From Geosiphon pyriformis uo1 (Eukaryota > Fungi > Glomeromycota), in contig JAAOMT010000082.1 in the NCBI GenBank assembly GCA_016748015.1, forward strand, positions 48,857 through 112,856: 64,000 nucleotides of DNA, given 5' to 3'. Below the pieces are notes generated by a model. That model was not told the DNA's origin and did not search any database. It saw nothing but the letters and a program-made list of their open reading frames with translations. This document shows positions 36,666-49,885 of this stretch, piece by piece. The first letter of the stretch is position 1; each line of letters starts with the position of its first letter. A program made the translations under genes and the position numbers.

Positions 36666-36879
36666 TTGTTTTCTTGGTTCGGGTTTTGAGTAAGGTATAT
36701 TCCATCCAGAGGTTTCAGGTTTAGTGTGTGGGGTAAAATGTTCTTGTTCTGTTTCATCAGCCCAGTTGGACATTGATTCAAGAACCATGAATGTTTCGAT
36801 TATTGGTTTTTTTTTTTTTGGTTCAAATTCAAAAGCCGGGGCTTTTTCAGAGCATTTGTTGAATGTACCACAAATGGCA

Positions 36880-37230
36880 AGTACCCAGGCATGTTGTCCT
36901 TGGTAGGAGATTGTTAATTCTTGTGTTTCCCAATTCAGATTAGCATTGGCTTTTTGAAGCCAATCATTTCTGACGAGAGCTTGGTACTGGGGTGCATTCA
37001 TTACAAGAACTTTGACTAGAATGGTGATTCCATCAAGAGTAAATAGAAAATTGTCAATTTCTCTCACTGGTGTCTTTTTCATGCCATCGGCAATAACAAT
37101 TACTGTTTGAGCTGGTCAGTCGACATTTCTTTTCAACTGTTGCATTAACTGGTAGGTAATAATGCTTCCGGCGGATCTGCTGTTTAGGATCAAGCAAATT
37201 GGCTTTCTTTTTACTTCAGCTTCTGTGTAC
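36880..37230 (-). pseudogene. pol: Gypsy-A aspartic protease
   Basis: ICLILNSRSAGSII (decayed LILDSGSAGS), VIVIADG, QALVRNDWLQKANA. Confidence 0.85.
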
Positions 37231-37449
37231 ATTGCAGTAATGGCTTTTTGCTCATTAGCCACTGCATTGCTAAGCAAGAATGGTGATTCATTTGCTTCAA
37301 ATTCAAAAGGAAAGATATCAGAGAGATTGGCGTTTTCAGCAATTCGGGCTGGTGGAATAGTGGTGTGGTTATGAGAAGAGTTTCGTTGTTGTTGTGCTGC
37401 AGCTCTACCTTCCAAGAGTACAGTATGGTAAAAATTCTGTTCTTCCAGC

Positions 37450-38646
37450 ATTGTTAAATAACTGGGTTGAGTGTGATAATGGTTGGGTCTTGATTGAATG
37501 ATATTTCAGGGAACCAATTGGTTGTTTGAACTGATTCTACTGTTGTTTACTTGGTATCGGTTTTGTGGTGTGAATTGATTTTGTGTAATCAGTCTTTGAG
37601 CAGGTACTTGATAATGTTGTATGGGTGGTTGTTGGTATTGCTGTTGGATTGGTTGTGGGGTGGGCTGATAATAATTATTTTGGTATTGGGGTCTTGGTGG
37701 ATAGTAAGCTGGTGGTAATGGTTGATAATAAGATTGCTATGGTGGAGAGTAACGTTGATTACCCCTATTTTGTTGGTCTCATTGCAACTTTCTGCAATCT
37801 CTTTTCCAGTGGCCAGAGATTCCACAGTAATGGCAATTTTGGGGCTGGTTATTGGAAAGTGGTGCAAAGTTATTTTGATTTCATTTTTGGGGTGGTTGAT
37901 ATCTTTGGGGTTGTTGTTGTTGGTTGGTAAAATAGTTTTCGACCTTCTTTGTGAGTTGGTCAATTTTTTTCTCAGCTTCTGAGCTGGTTTCTCCAATTGC
38001 CAAATTTACAAGTTTTGTACAATTGGCTTCTTCTATGACCATTTTGTATCTTTTTGCGTGCTGTATTGCAGAGTTTAAATCTTCTGGCGCATATGGGCAA
38101 ACCTTTTTAATTAGTTTATCTTTTAGACCAGCAATAAATTGATCCAAGATTTGAGCATCGGAATAATAATTGTTTGTCTCGAGTTGGTGAATCCATCTGA
38201 GAAGTTTGTTGAATTTCCCAATATAAGTCATAACGGATTCAGAGGGTTCTTGTTTGATATTTCGAAAATGATTGCGAAGAGTGATAGAGGTATTATTGTC
38301 AGTGAACTGTTCAAGAAAGGCTGCTTTGAAAGCATTCCAATTATTGAATGGGGCGGCAAGGTTTTCAAACCATTCTCCTGCTGTTCCTTTGAGAAAGTAG
38401 GGAATTGTTCTTAACATTCTGGCAGCATTCCATCCATTTGCATCTCCAGCTTTAGTAACTTGGTCAAGCCATTCTTGGGAACTGGTCTCAATATCTTTTC
38501 CATTGAATTCAGGGATTTTTGCGATGTATGTTGTCATTTTGTTTTCTTCGTTTTCACTGTCTATTGATTCTTCTTCGGTTATTTCAGAGTTGTTTTCTTC
38601 GTTTGCTGCTGTCTCAAAGTGTTCACTTTGATTTTCAGCTAGAAAA
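37450..38646 (-). pseudogene. gag: Gypsy-A gag (capsid domain and intact CCHC); N-terminus lies in the gap
   Basis: IPEFNG..EWLDQV..YFLKGTAGEWF..FKAAFLEQF..QFIAGL; CHYCGISGHWKRDC at ~37793-37835. Confidence 0.92.
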
Positions 38647-39102
38647 NNNNNNNNNNNNNNNNNNNNNNNNNNNNNNNNNNNNNNNNNNNNNNNNNNNNNN
38701 NNNNNNNNNNNNNNNNNNNNNNNNNNNNNNNNNNNNNNNNNNNNNNNNNNNNNNNNNNNNNNNNNNNNNNNNNNNNNNNNNNNNNNNNNNNNNNNNNNNN
38801 NNNNNNNNNNNNNNNNNNNNNNNNNNNNNNNNNNNNNNNNNNNNNNNNNNNNNNNNNNNNNNNNNNNNNNNNNNNNNNNNNNNNNNNNNNNNNNNNNNNN
38901 NNNNNNNNNNNNNNNNNNNNNNNNNNNNNNNNNNNNNNNNNNNNNNNNNNNNNNNNNNNNNNNNNNNNNNNNNNNNNNNNNNNNNNNNNNNNNNNNNNNN
39001 NNNNNNNNNNNNNNNNNNNNNNNNNNNNNNNNNNNNNNNNNNNNNNNNNNNNNNNNNNNNNNNNNNNNNNNNNNNNNNNNNNNNNNNNNNNNNNNNNNNN
39101 NN
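38647..39102. other. Assembly gap (456 N)
   Basis: N run covering the end of the 5' LTR, the PBS and the gag start. Confidence 1.
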
Positions 39103-40019
39103 TTCTGGATGTGGTTGAACCTCCAGTAACTGAATTTTTAACTTCAAATTATCTCCTATAATTTGAACTTGCTGGGCTTATGAGTGGAATGGCCAATTCT
39201 GTGCCAGTTGCTTTATGTAGTTACATTGTAGTAAACATCAACTCTTTCTCAGGAATTGCTCGTCTGGAAGCTCACTAAAAATGTGTAGTTACTTTGCTGT
39301 GAAAGTCAACTCTTCTACAGGAATTTCGTCTGTAGGCTACCTTAATGATTGTAATAAGAAAAGAAAGAAAAATAAAAGAAGTGTAAAAGAAATAGGATCT
39401 TATCAAGGGAAACGTTTTCTATCCAGGCCTGGAGTCACTAACAGTTTACTGAAATTGGTAGCTAATCAATTTCGAAATGTTAGTTGGGTTTTGGAGATTT
39501 TCCAAGTACAATAATTTAGAGAATTTGGTTTTTCAAATTATTTGATATTTATTTCTTTTTGTGTGTATAGAAATGGTTTTTAAAAGATAAATCTAAAGTA
39601 AGATACATTTTCTCGAAGAGAGAAGCTCTTCTTTTATACAACTTGTCATAACACTATTCTATGAACTCAAACTTTGCTATTTTCTACAATTTCGCTGAAC
39701 TAAAGATACATTTCGGCAAACTATAAGTTATTTCGGCAAACTATTAGATATTTTGGTGAACTATCAATTATTTCAGCAAATTTCTACAAATTTCGGCAAA
39801 CTTTTTGAATGTTACATAGTTTGGGGTATTGCATGATTGATCATCGCAATTAGGTTACATTGGTGTTGTGTACAATTTGGGTTATTAATTAAATGATAAT
39901 TTTGGACATTTTTGCTAATATAATAAGTGATCATTTAAAATGATAATATATGCTAATTAATGATAGGAATTATAAGATAATTTCATGCTAAATAATATCT
40001 CTAATTTCGTCTGGTAACA
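39103..40019 (-). repeat. Gypsy-A 5' LTR (last ~67 bp hidden in the gap)
   Basis: Colinear with 30507-31425; plus strand ends CTGGTAACA. Confidence 0.93.
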
Positions 40020-41730
40020 ACATCAAATTTACAAAGCTTAATTTTTGCACAATATTTGACACTTAATCTGTTAAAAGTTCTAAGAAATATTTTAAAAACA
40101 CTATATAAACACTAATAGATGAATTATTTTAAACAACCAGAAGACTTTTTTTAATATATATTAGACCAGAAAAAAAGAGTCTAGAACTAGAACCAGAACA
40201 AATATTATCAGAAAAAGCAGTAAGCAAAACTATCTAAGTTCAAAATTTGTCATAAAATATAACAGAGCAAGAAATAAAAACATTTTTCTTAGCATATAAT
40301 CTGGCCAACTAAAAACAATTCTTTTTTAAAGCAACTTTTTTATAAAAATTTTTAAAAGGCAAAAGTAATACATTAAATATATTATATTTTAAAACAAAGT
40401 GTTCAAAATATCTATATTTTTTATATCTAATTAAATTTATTCTAGTCCAAAATAGTTTTACACCACCAAAAATTGGCTTTATACAAAAAGCAAATTCTAG
40501 CTTCTTATCTGATTTAAAACCAATTACAGCACAACAAATTCTGTTGCCAGTTTTAAATAATCTATTTATAATATAAATTTTTTTACCAGTCTTTTCTAAT
40601 AGAGCACTAAGATTATGAACAGTTGTTTTCACAGACAAAGTAAAACAAAAATATTTTAAACCAATTCCTAAATATTTAAATATTACAATTTCTTATAGTT
40701 TTCATTACATGTACTAAATCTTTTTTGATTAAGAATAACTATCTAATTACCAACTAATTTGTTTGACTTAATTCAACAAATTTTACTATAGTCTTTTGTC
40801 ACAGCCCAATTAATTACAATTAAATTGGCACAATTTAACTAAACTCAATTATTGCAGTAATGATTATTTTTTTTGGCATATTCATAAAAATTTTTTTTAT
40901 TATCAATTTAATTTGATTTAATTTTTTGTCTTTTAAGATTGTTGTTTATTTTGATTTTTTTTTAACCAATAATATGATCTTATTTATATTTTTCTCTAAT
41001 ATAAATATAGATTTGATGATTTTTTCAAATTTTGAAAAAATAATAACCCTCTTAAAACCATTAATTAATGAAAAAAAAAATTTGATTACTTAAGTTTTTG
41101 CAGTTGCTAATTTGTTTTTTACCACTAAAAAATTAATATTCATTGCAAAAAAATTTTTGACAGCAACTTTAATCTGAGTTTTTATTATTTTAAGATTGAT
41201 TTATTTTTTGTTAAAAGAGATATTAAGAAAAAAAAAGGGGAGTCTTATATCTTTATTTATTCTATAGTTAAATATAATAATAGGGAAATCACAATTCAAT
41301 TCAGTATTAAATTTTTAGCTTTGGAAGTTATTGCAGCTAAACCAAAAAAAAAACCACTACCAGCACTTATTAATATATTATTAATATTTCCATTACTTAA
41401 TTTACTGTTTATATTCAAATAAATATTATTGTCTAGACCAGATTTGACCAAAAAAAATTTTTTTTCATTATCAGAGTGCTTAATATTACTTACAGATATT
41501 TTCTTTTTCTGAGAGAAAGTATCATTAACAAAACTATAAAAAGCTTTTTTAAGCACATTTTTTTTAAACATATTGTCATTAAAAGTAGTTTTCAGATCTA
41601 TTACAAAAAAATTATTAACTTGAAAAATATTAAAATTAATATTATTAAAAGAAACAAAAACAAAAAACAAAAAAACTTTTTTTTTAAAAATTGTTTTTTA
41701 AAAAATTTTAAATATAGAAGAAAAAAAGGT
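40020..41730 (-). mobile_element. LINE 5' fragment (5' UTR and most of ORF1), heavily decayed, cut by the Gypsy-A LTR
   Basis: TTVHNLSALLEKTGKKIYIINR..GNRICCAVIGF; colinear with LINE B ~23840-25560. Confidence 0.85.
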
Positions 41731-41839
41731 TAATATATATATATATATATAAAATAACTTTTTTTTATTTTTATTTTTTAAAACAAAAATATATTTTGAA
41801 AAAAATTAACAAAGTCATTAGAATTCTTAAGATAATATT

Positions 41840-44800
41840 AAATTTTTTCTTTTTTTCATCCAAAATTCCCAAAAAAGAGTCCAGAGTTTTTTTGAAAGAA
41901 GTTTTTTACTATTCAGTACAATAAATCAAAACTATTTTTCGATTACAAGGCCACTGTTGGCTCTGTTATTGCTGTTATGAAAAAGACTATTAAAGTTTCT
42001 GGTTCTGAATATGGTTTCAAGGTGGTTGTGTTAAGGAAGAAAAGGAAAGAAGGTGTATTGGCAGAGAGTATTGATAATAGAAGGGTTGCTGCTGAAGCTT
42101 CTGGTGCTCATTCATGGAGTTCTGAGACAGGTGACACTACTGAATCTGAGAGTATTGACATGAAGAAGGAGTGCTTGGTTAAAAAAACCAGTGTTGACTA
42201 TGGTGAGAATGGTGCTTTCACAGAAGAGGATCCTAATCAGATGCCAAAGGATTTGCATGTAAAAACCAAAAAAGTGTTAGGGAAGCCTCTGGGTGTGATT
42301 GATTATGATACTATCAATACAGATGATGACGTGTTAGATAATTCTTTTCTTCTTCTGCCCTCTCTATCTATCAAACCAACTGTTCAAGTGTCTGTTTGCA
42401 AATCTTTCACTTTAAATATTGATCTTATGGTCATTGCTGAGAAGTTCTTTCAGGAAAAATTGAGTTTTATCAGGAAAATTTTTTCAAGTGTAAATGGTTT
42501 TAGGGGGGCTTCTACTCTCTCAATATTTGTTAGAATTATTTGTGCCACTTTCACTTTGGAAAAGGCAATGATGGCTGCTGAAAAGTTGGCAAATAATCAT
42601 GGTGTTGTGGTAAACACTGATCTCAAGTGCCCTATAAACAATTATACAAATCGGGCAATTGTGATGAAAGAAATTCCTGTGAAAACTTCTGTGGAGGCTG
42701 TGCATGCTGCCATGTCCGAGTTTGGATTGATTAAGTCAATCAAGATGCAGCTGGTAGGTCTGTGGCAAAAGGCAATTGTTAAATTAGAAGATCAGAATTA
42801 GGCTGATCTCTTGACATTCAAATGATCTATCCTTATTGGAAAGGATGCAGTACATGTGGCCAAAGCCAATGTTGACAAACAAACGTAGGATTCCAGGAAT
42901 GAATTCAGGGCACTGCTATACACTCTTTCTGTTAGAACAAATGCTCATGATCTTTGGGATTTTGTTGGTTCAGTTGGTGGGAAAACATGTGTCATTGATC
43001 GTAATCCTGTTAGCTACATCTATGCTCGCTGTGCTACTGTTTGCTTTGGGTCTGAATCTGATCTGGTTAGTGTGATGGCTGCAACCCCAGTTATAAAAAA
43101 AATTGGTCTTCACTGGTCTTATCTCTCTTTGGCACTGTGCTTGGTCTGTGGTCTTTCTGGTCATACATCTCTTAATTGTGTTTTAGTTAAAGTTGGTTCA
43201 ACTTTGAGAGACAGAAAGGCATCTCTTTTTGCTTAGGATCAGGTCAGATTGGCAAATATCTATGTTCGGAAGTCTGTGCCCATTTCTTGTCCATTGGCCT
43301 TCAGTGGTAAGACCTGAACATCAGTGGTTGGTGCTCTTCTGGTGCATAATTTTCATGGTGCTGGTTTGATTTTTGGTTCCAACAAAGTTGGTAAATCTCT
43401 TCCTCCTGTTGCAAGTAATTTGGAAAAGCGTTTAGTGAATATTGAAAGCAGTCTTATTAGCCTCACGGGACAAATTGGTGAGTTGGCTAAGAGGTTGGAT
43501 TCACTCATGCTGGCAGTTCCCCAGCCTAGCCCTGAATGTCAGCTGTTGGTAACCTTCCCCCCCTTCATCACATAATCAAGGGGAGAATATGATGGGAATG
43601 GGTTTGGGTAATGCCACTGGTAACAAGACTACTGCCATTCTGGATTCAACTGCCTCACCTGAGGTTGTAAAATTGGAAAACATATTGGAAGATCTTTCTG
43701 CTTTGGTCATAAGCCTATTAGCACGCTTGGATGGTTTGGCTTTGGCAGGTAGTGTTCCTTCTTTACCTCTTTCTCAATGAGTGGTCTGGTATAGAAAATT
43801 GCTATGTGTAATGTTCATGGATTAAATAATTCTGCGAAGCAAGATGATGTTATTTGTTGGCACAAGGATATGAACAATTTGGTTTCTATTTTTACGGAGT
43901 CAAAGCTTAAAGAGAAAGTTCATCCATGGTTGGCCAACAAATTTGATGGTGTTTGGGTTTTTACTTCTGGTCGGGATTCTGGTTTTTTGGGTGCTGGGGT
44001 GTTAATTGTTATGAATTCTTCTTTAGCAAAACACATCTACAAGGTCTCTAAGGTGCCTGGTCGGCTCCTATCCATCAAATTGCTTTTCAAAAATAAACTT
44101 TCAGTGTCTATTTTGGGGCTTTATGCTGGTGCTTCACCAGTGGTTCAGTTTTCTTAGGCTGGTGAGATCAACTCTCTCATTGCTAAAGCTGTTAATGAGT
44201 CTTCTTTTGTTGTTCTTGGTGGTGATTTTAATAAGAATGGTTTGCACAAATGTGCCAATTTCAAAAAATGTGATGATTTGGATTTGATTAACTCTCTGAG
44301 GGGGAGCTCTTTTGTGAAGTCATTTACTTGGTGCAATTTTTGTGGTATTACTAAGACACTTGACTACATGTTCATTTCTTCTAATTTGGTTGGTGCAGTG
44401 GTGGGTCATGGTATGAATAGCATTGAGGACTATTTTGATACTGATCATAAGGCTGTTTATGTTTCTGTGAGACTGGGTGGCCTGCTAGATGTCTGGTTGA
44501 ACTCACTGTGCAAACAAGCAAATAGAAATTGTTGGAAGTATGATATCAAAAATGCCAGTAAAATTAAGTGGTCAGAATTCAGGAATGCTACAACTGCTAA
44601 TGCTGTTATGTTCTCAGATGAGTTTGTTACAGCTAAGCAGTTTTCTGATCTGGATGCAATGTGGGACATTGTTCATAAGGTTATGGTTCTTTCGGCTGGT
44701 AGAACATTCAAGAAAAAATAGTTTAAGGATTTTGATTGTGTTTTTAATAAGATATCTTCCTGGTTTTATAAATTGGAGCTACTTGTGTCTAAACTGGTAA

Positions 44801-47800
44801 AGGCTTCTCAGTTAGTTTCTGGCAGGGATTTTGCCTTGTTATTGGATACTTGGAACAGGCTTGATTTTGTGAGCACTTCACCAGTAAAATCTATGTTTCT
44901 TTCTGGTGCTGGTTTTGATGCAATCCATTAAGTCTTACCATTCTTCTAAGTTGTTGAAATCTAAGCATGCTGAAGAATCTCGTATAAGGCAGGCTATTGA
45001 GAGGAGAATGGAGAGTTTTGAAGTGGATAAAGATTACACCATTAGAAGTGTTTTGGAGTGTCCTTTTCATAAAGTGATATTGGATCATTTGGTAGATGAA
45101 GAGGAGTTGGTCTTGGAGCCTAAGTTGGTAAAATCTAGGGTGGATGTGGTTATGGAGAGCTAGACACAGACACATGGAGTGGTCTCTGATATGTTTGATG
45201 TTTGGGTTCATCAATATCAACCTCTGGATTACGTCTTTGATGGCACTTTCTCTGATGTTATGTGCTCAATCAGCTTTGATAAGATGTCTGCAGTCATTTC
45301 GGATTTACCTGATGGGAAAGTGACCAGTCTCTCTGGTATTTCAAATGAATTGTGGAAGCACTGTAACAAGTTGGTTTTGGATATGCTGTTGGTTTTTTTG
45401 AATGCTTGTTTGGTTTGTGAATTGGTCCTTGGACCTTGAAAGGAAGCTTGGGTTTCCATGATTTCTAAACCTTATGAATGGGAGGGTGTTCTCACGAATA
45501 CCCATTTTATTGCTTTAATTAAGACAGCCTGCAAAATTCTGTCCAAGATTCTGTCAGATAGGATTTCTTTGGCTTGTAGCAAGTTTGACGTTTTGCGTGG
45601 GGACAATTTCTCAGTTTTGAAGGGTACAACAACACAGTCTCTGATCTTTGCTGTTGGTTCTGTGATTGAGAATGCCTTGAAAAAGAATTGTGAACTATGA
45701 TTGGTTTTACAAGACATGTGCAAAGCCTATGATTTTGTTGGTTGGAAACATCTTAGGAAAAGTTTGGTTAGAATCAAGATGTGTGATAGTTTTATTAAGT
45801 TCTTTGGCTCCATCCACAATGGTCGCACTAACAAGGTGATAACAGATTTCAGTTTGACAGACAGATATTATGTGCATGATGGCTTGAATCAAGGAGAAGT
45901 TTTCTTGCTGCTTTTGTGGCACATATTTTATGATTCACTTCTTTGTAAGATCAAGAGGTAGGAGGCTGTATGTGGCTATAGATTAAATTCTCATTTCGTT
46001 TCCAAAACTGGCTGGGTAGAATCTCAAGCTGGACTGATATCATTTCTGGCCACTGGTGCTTTTGTTGATGATACAATTTGGGTAGGCAATAACCAGTCAG
46101 CTATTTAACACATTCTCAATGTCACTAGTAATTTCTTCAGGATTAATGATATTTCAATAAATAATGAAAAGACTGTGGCCATCCCTATTAACTGTTGAGT
46201 AGTGAACCCTACTCTTAATATCAATGGCTTGCCTATCTCTGTTGCTAAAAAGGGGGAACCTCATTATTATCTGGGAATTTTTCTTTCTTCTGAAGGTTTG
46301 TCTAGGCCTAGCTTGGTTAGGGCGTATTTGGATGTTCGGTTTTTTACCAATCTTGTCTTGAGAAAAACAATTTCAGATAAACAATTTGCATATTTAGTGT
46401 TAGCAGTTCTTGTTCCTATTGTCAGTTACAGGATTCAGTTTAGTTTTGTCTCTACTAGTGTGTGCAACAAATGAGATGCTCTCATTTGCAAGAGTTTGAA
46501 ATCTAAGTCTGGTCTGCTTCTCGATTTTCCCAATGACACACTCTATTATTTTTCTTAATATAGTTTAAAAACATTTAAGCAGATTTAGGCTGAAAGTAAA
46601 TCAGCTTCTATTGTTTTTTTTGTAAATTCTGTTGGTGTTTTGGGTTAGTTGTTTTCTCACAGATCTTACGATCTCCAGATTCTTAGCTGGTGCCTGCGAC
46701 ATCCATTGCTATTTCCGACTCGTATTAGGGTCAACTTTTTAAATAATTTTTTGGCTGATGTGGTCTGTATTTTTTCTGATTTGGATTTGTCTTTGGGCAG
46801 CTTGGTGGCCAGTGCTTTTTGCCTTCAGTCCAGAACTCTTTTGTCTCTTGTGCTTGGTGATAGGATGTTTTTCAAGTGTGTTTCTTTACTCTGCTGGTAT
46901 GATGTTGCATTTGTGGAACAACTTTGAGACTGTAATGGTGCTGTTTTTAGTTGGTCAGCCTTCAAGCAGTGGAAGAAGTTGGACCTCCATGGCCCAGTTC
47001 TATTTTGGTATGATACTGCTGTTTGTTTTCTTATAGATATAACTTTCCCTTTTATTGGTCTACTGTTCTTGGATGGCAGTATGCCTCATAATATTCTTCA
47101 GTTCTGTGAGTTTGGTGTGGTCAGTTTCGGTCTGTTGAATGCTAATTCTAATCATCTTTCTGTGTATACGGATGGCTCTTTGTGCTGGCTAGAAACTCGT
47201 GATATGAAAGCTGGTGCTGCAGTGTTTTTTAAGGACATTAATTTGGGTTTGGATGTGAGTGTGTCTGGCTTGGTTTCTTCTACATTGGCCAAATTACAGG
47301 CCATTGCTCTGGCTCTTGAGTGTGTTTCTTCTCTTAGTTCTGTTGATTTGTTCTTAGACAGTCAGGCTGCTTTAGATGTGTGTGTCTCGGAATCTGTTTT
47401 GTTTCATCCGGATTTCAGGAATCGGTGCTGGATTGAATGCCGCCACATTGCTAACATCATTCATCATAAATGGTTGGACATAAATTGGGTTAAAGTCAAA
47501 GGTCATTCTAGCATTATGGGCAATGAGCACACTGATAAGTTTGCTAAGGCTGCTGCTTTTTCTGACTTTTGCCTGCCTCTGTCGATCGATGAATGGTTCC
47601 TAAAAGCTGGTGGTACTATAGTTTTTGGTAATTCTAGACACTTTGTCCATGATGTTTTCCAATTAGTTCATTGTGTGGGTTGGGAGGTAGATTCAGGCTT
47701 TCGGGTCATATTGTGTAACTTGCGTTCTGATGTGGATTGGTTCAGATCTTCTTTGGTGTGGCATCCGAATTCTCATTTGGCTGCTGGTTTTACCAGTAAA

Positions 47801-48578
47801 CATACTGCCGACTGTCGAACATATTTCATGAAGGCATTGTATCACCAGTTTCCTGTAGCTGTGTGTAAACATTTGTATGATAGGTGCTATCCCAGCATGA
47901 TATGTCTTTATTGTGGTGATGTTGAGATCTCTGACCATGTGTTTTCTTACCCATCTGATGCTTCCGCCCATGCTCGGTTGGTTGATGTTCCTGTATCTGC
48001 TTAGGAGGCTCACACTGGTTTTTCTCGTTCTTTTTTGTGTGTCTCACAATTGTTGTCAAATTGTGTTTCTGATGCTACAATTGGCACAGCTCTGTGTAAA
48101 AGTTTTGTTTTTAATGATTGGTACCATGAATCAGTTACTGTTTTTAAGGATTCCAAAGTGACAGCTCTGACTGTTGTGGACTTTGTGCGTAAATTTTGTC
48201 TTGCTTTTCAGGAGGAGATTTGGCTGGTTCATGCCAAACACAGGTCTCTTATGAAGAGAAATGGTCTAATTCTGTGTGATGGTTCTCTTCCTCTTCCTGT
48301 TATAGGCCCCTCTAAGTTACTTTCAGCTGGTGTGGTTAAGTTATTAGGTGTTACTAATGTCTTTGGTATTAGCTTTGGGTTTCATAAATCTTGTCTGTTT
48401 TTTTCTGATGTAGGTGATATGGTTTCTGTTTATATAGGTGTCTAGTGTTGTTCTAATTAACTTGAGTGGCTGGTCATGTGTAGAAAATACATGATTCGTG
48501 CCTAGTTTAAATCATTTGTATAATGTATAGTAGTAGGTAGCGTTTGGACTTTACTCATTAAATTGTGAAAAAAAAAAA
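41840..48578 (+). mobile_element. LINE copy C, full-length (ORF1 ~41977-43780; ORF2 43777-48445)
   Basis: APE (KIAMCNV, GGDFN, LDYMFIS, DTDH), RT (AFVDDTIW), RNase H (VYTDGSL, DSQAAL, VKGHS..GNEHTD), Zn finger, 3' UTR and poly(A) at 48568-48578. Confidence 0.95.
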
Positions 48579-48594
48579 TAATAATAATAAAATT

Positions 48595-49885
48595 CAAAAA
48601 AACAAACACATAATTAATTGTTTTTTTACATCTCTAAAATTTTTTATGTTAAAGTTTTAGTAATTAAGCTTTTTATTAAAAAATTAATCTGCTTTAGATC
48701 AAAACATTTTTTAAAATTAGCACACTTATAAAAACTATTTTTATTAAAATTACTATTTAAGATTATAAAAGAAGATTTATTTACAGTTTTGTAATTAAAA
48801 AGTTAATTTTTTTAGTTTAAATTAAACATATTACCAAAGTAATATCAGCATATAATTTTAAAATTAAAACAAAAAGCTTATTTTTAAAAAATAACTTAAT
48901 AAACAAAAATCAATTAGCAATTTTAGTAACTTTATATATATATCTAATTAACATATTATTTATAATAATTATAACACCAAAATTTAAATATTTAATTATA
49001 GATACACTTTATTTTTTAATTTACTCTTAATAACAATAGAAATTAAATTGTTTATTTTTTTATGTCAATAAATAATATTTTCTTGCTTAATAAAATTATT
49101 TATATTTTTTATATTATATATAACAATTTTTCAAATAAAATTGGTTATTAAAATATTAAAAAAAATTTATTTTAAATCAAAATCAGACTATTTAACTTTG
49201 TAAACAAATTTATAACTAAACTAAACAAATTTTTTAATAAAGTTTTTAACTTAATCATATTTAAAAGTATTAAAAAACTTAGTTTTATAGTAGTTTTATT
49301 GCTAATAAATGTATTTAAATCTTTTTATATTATTATTTTATCTATTAAATTTTGTAATAAAAAATTATTAGCAGCTTATATTTAGGGTTAGATTAAAAAA
49401 CTACTAATATAAATATATATAATATTTTAATCAATTTACCAATTTGTTCTATAAAACTAATATAATTGTTTTTAATTTTATTAAAATATAAATTCAAATT
49501 ACTAATAACTATTAAAGAAAATTTAACTTTATTCAAAAAATCAAACTAAAAAAAAATACCAAAAAACATTTAAAAGAAAGTTTTATCAACAATACATGCC
49601 CAAATTTACCACCAAAAACTACCAAACAGACAATAAAAACAGATTTTTATATATAAATTTAAGTCAATCTAAACTAATTTAAAGTTAAAAAAAAGTTTTT
49701 TTTCTTTTTAGTATTAGTTTATTATTAATTAAACTGCATTCAAAAAAAGTATAACCAAATTTATTACAGACTAAACAAAGAACTAAAGACAAATAAAATC
49801 AATAAAAAGTAATATTTTTTATAACAGAAACTATAACCAATATTTTAGTTAAATTTTTTTTAAATTAAAATACACAGTTGTATAT
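48595..49885 (-). pseudogene. Ghost LINE (endonuclease start and ORF1 3' half), part 1
   Basis: 48600-48800 aligns with the LINE B endonuclease (22970-23170) with near-saturating C>T/G>A changes. Confidence 0.7.

Larger units (their letters stand above)
30440..40019 (-). mobile_element. Gypsy-A, Ty3/Gypsy LTR retrotransposon with dUTPase and ORF3 (lightly decayed; contains the assembly gap)
   Basis: Two homologous LTRs with TGTTACC..GGTAACA termini, gag-PR-RT-RH-IN order, PPT GAGGAGGAGG next to the 3' LTR. Confidence 0.95.

Noticed and set aside
38519-39147. ORFs 38519..39118 and 38635..39147
   Set aside because: Artefacts of translating the N gap.
48445-48570. Hammerhead ribozyme or tRNA-derived SINE as the identity of the shared 3' tail
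   Set aside because: No CUGANGA/GAAA core in the required positions and no recognisable A/B boxes or cloverleaf.
41820-48595. TSD for LINE C (ATAATATTAAATT versus ATAATAAAATT)
   Set aside because: Imperfect and AT-only; cannot be distinguished from chance.
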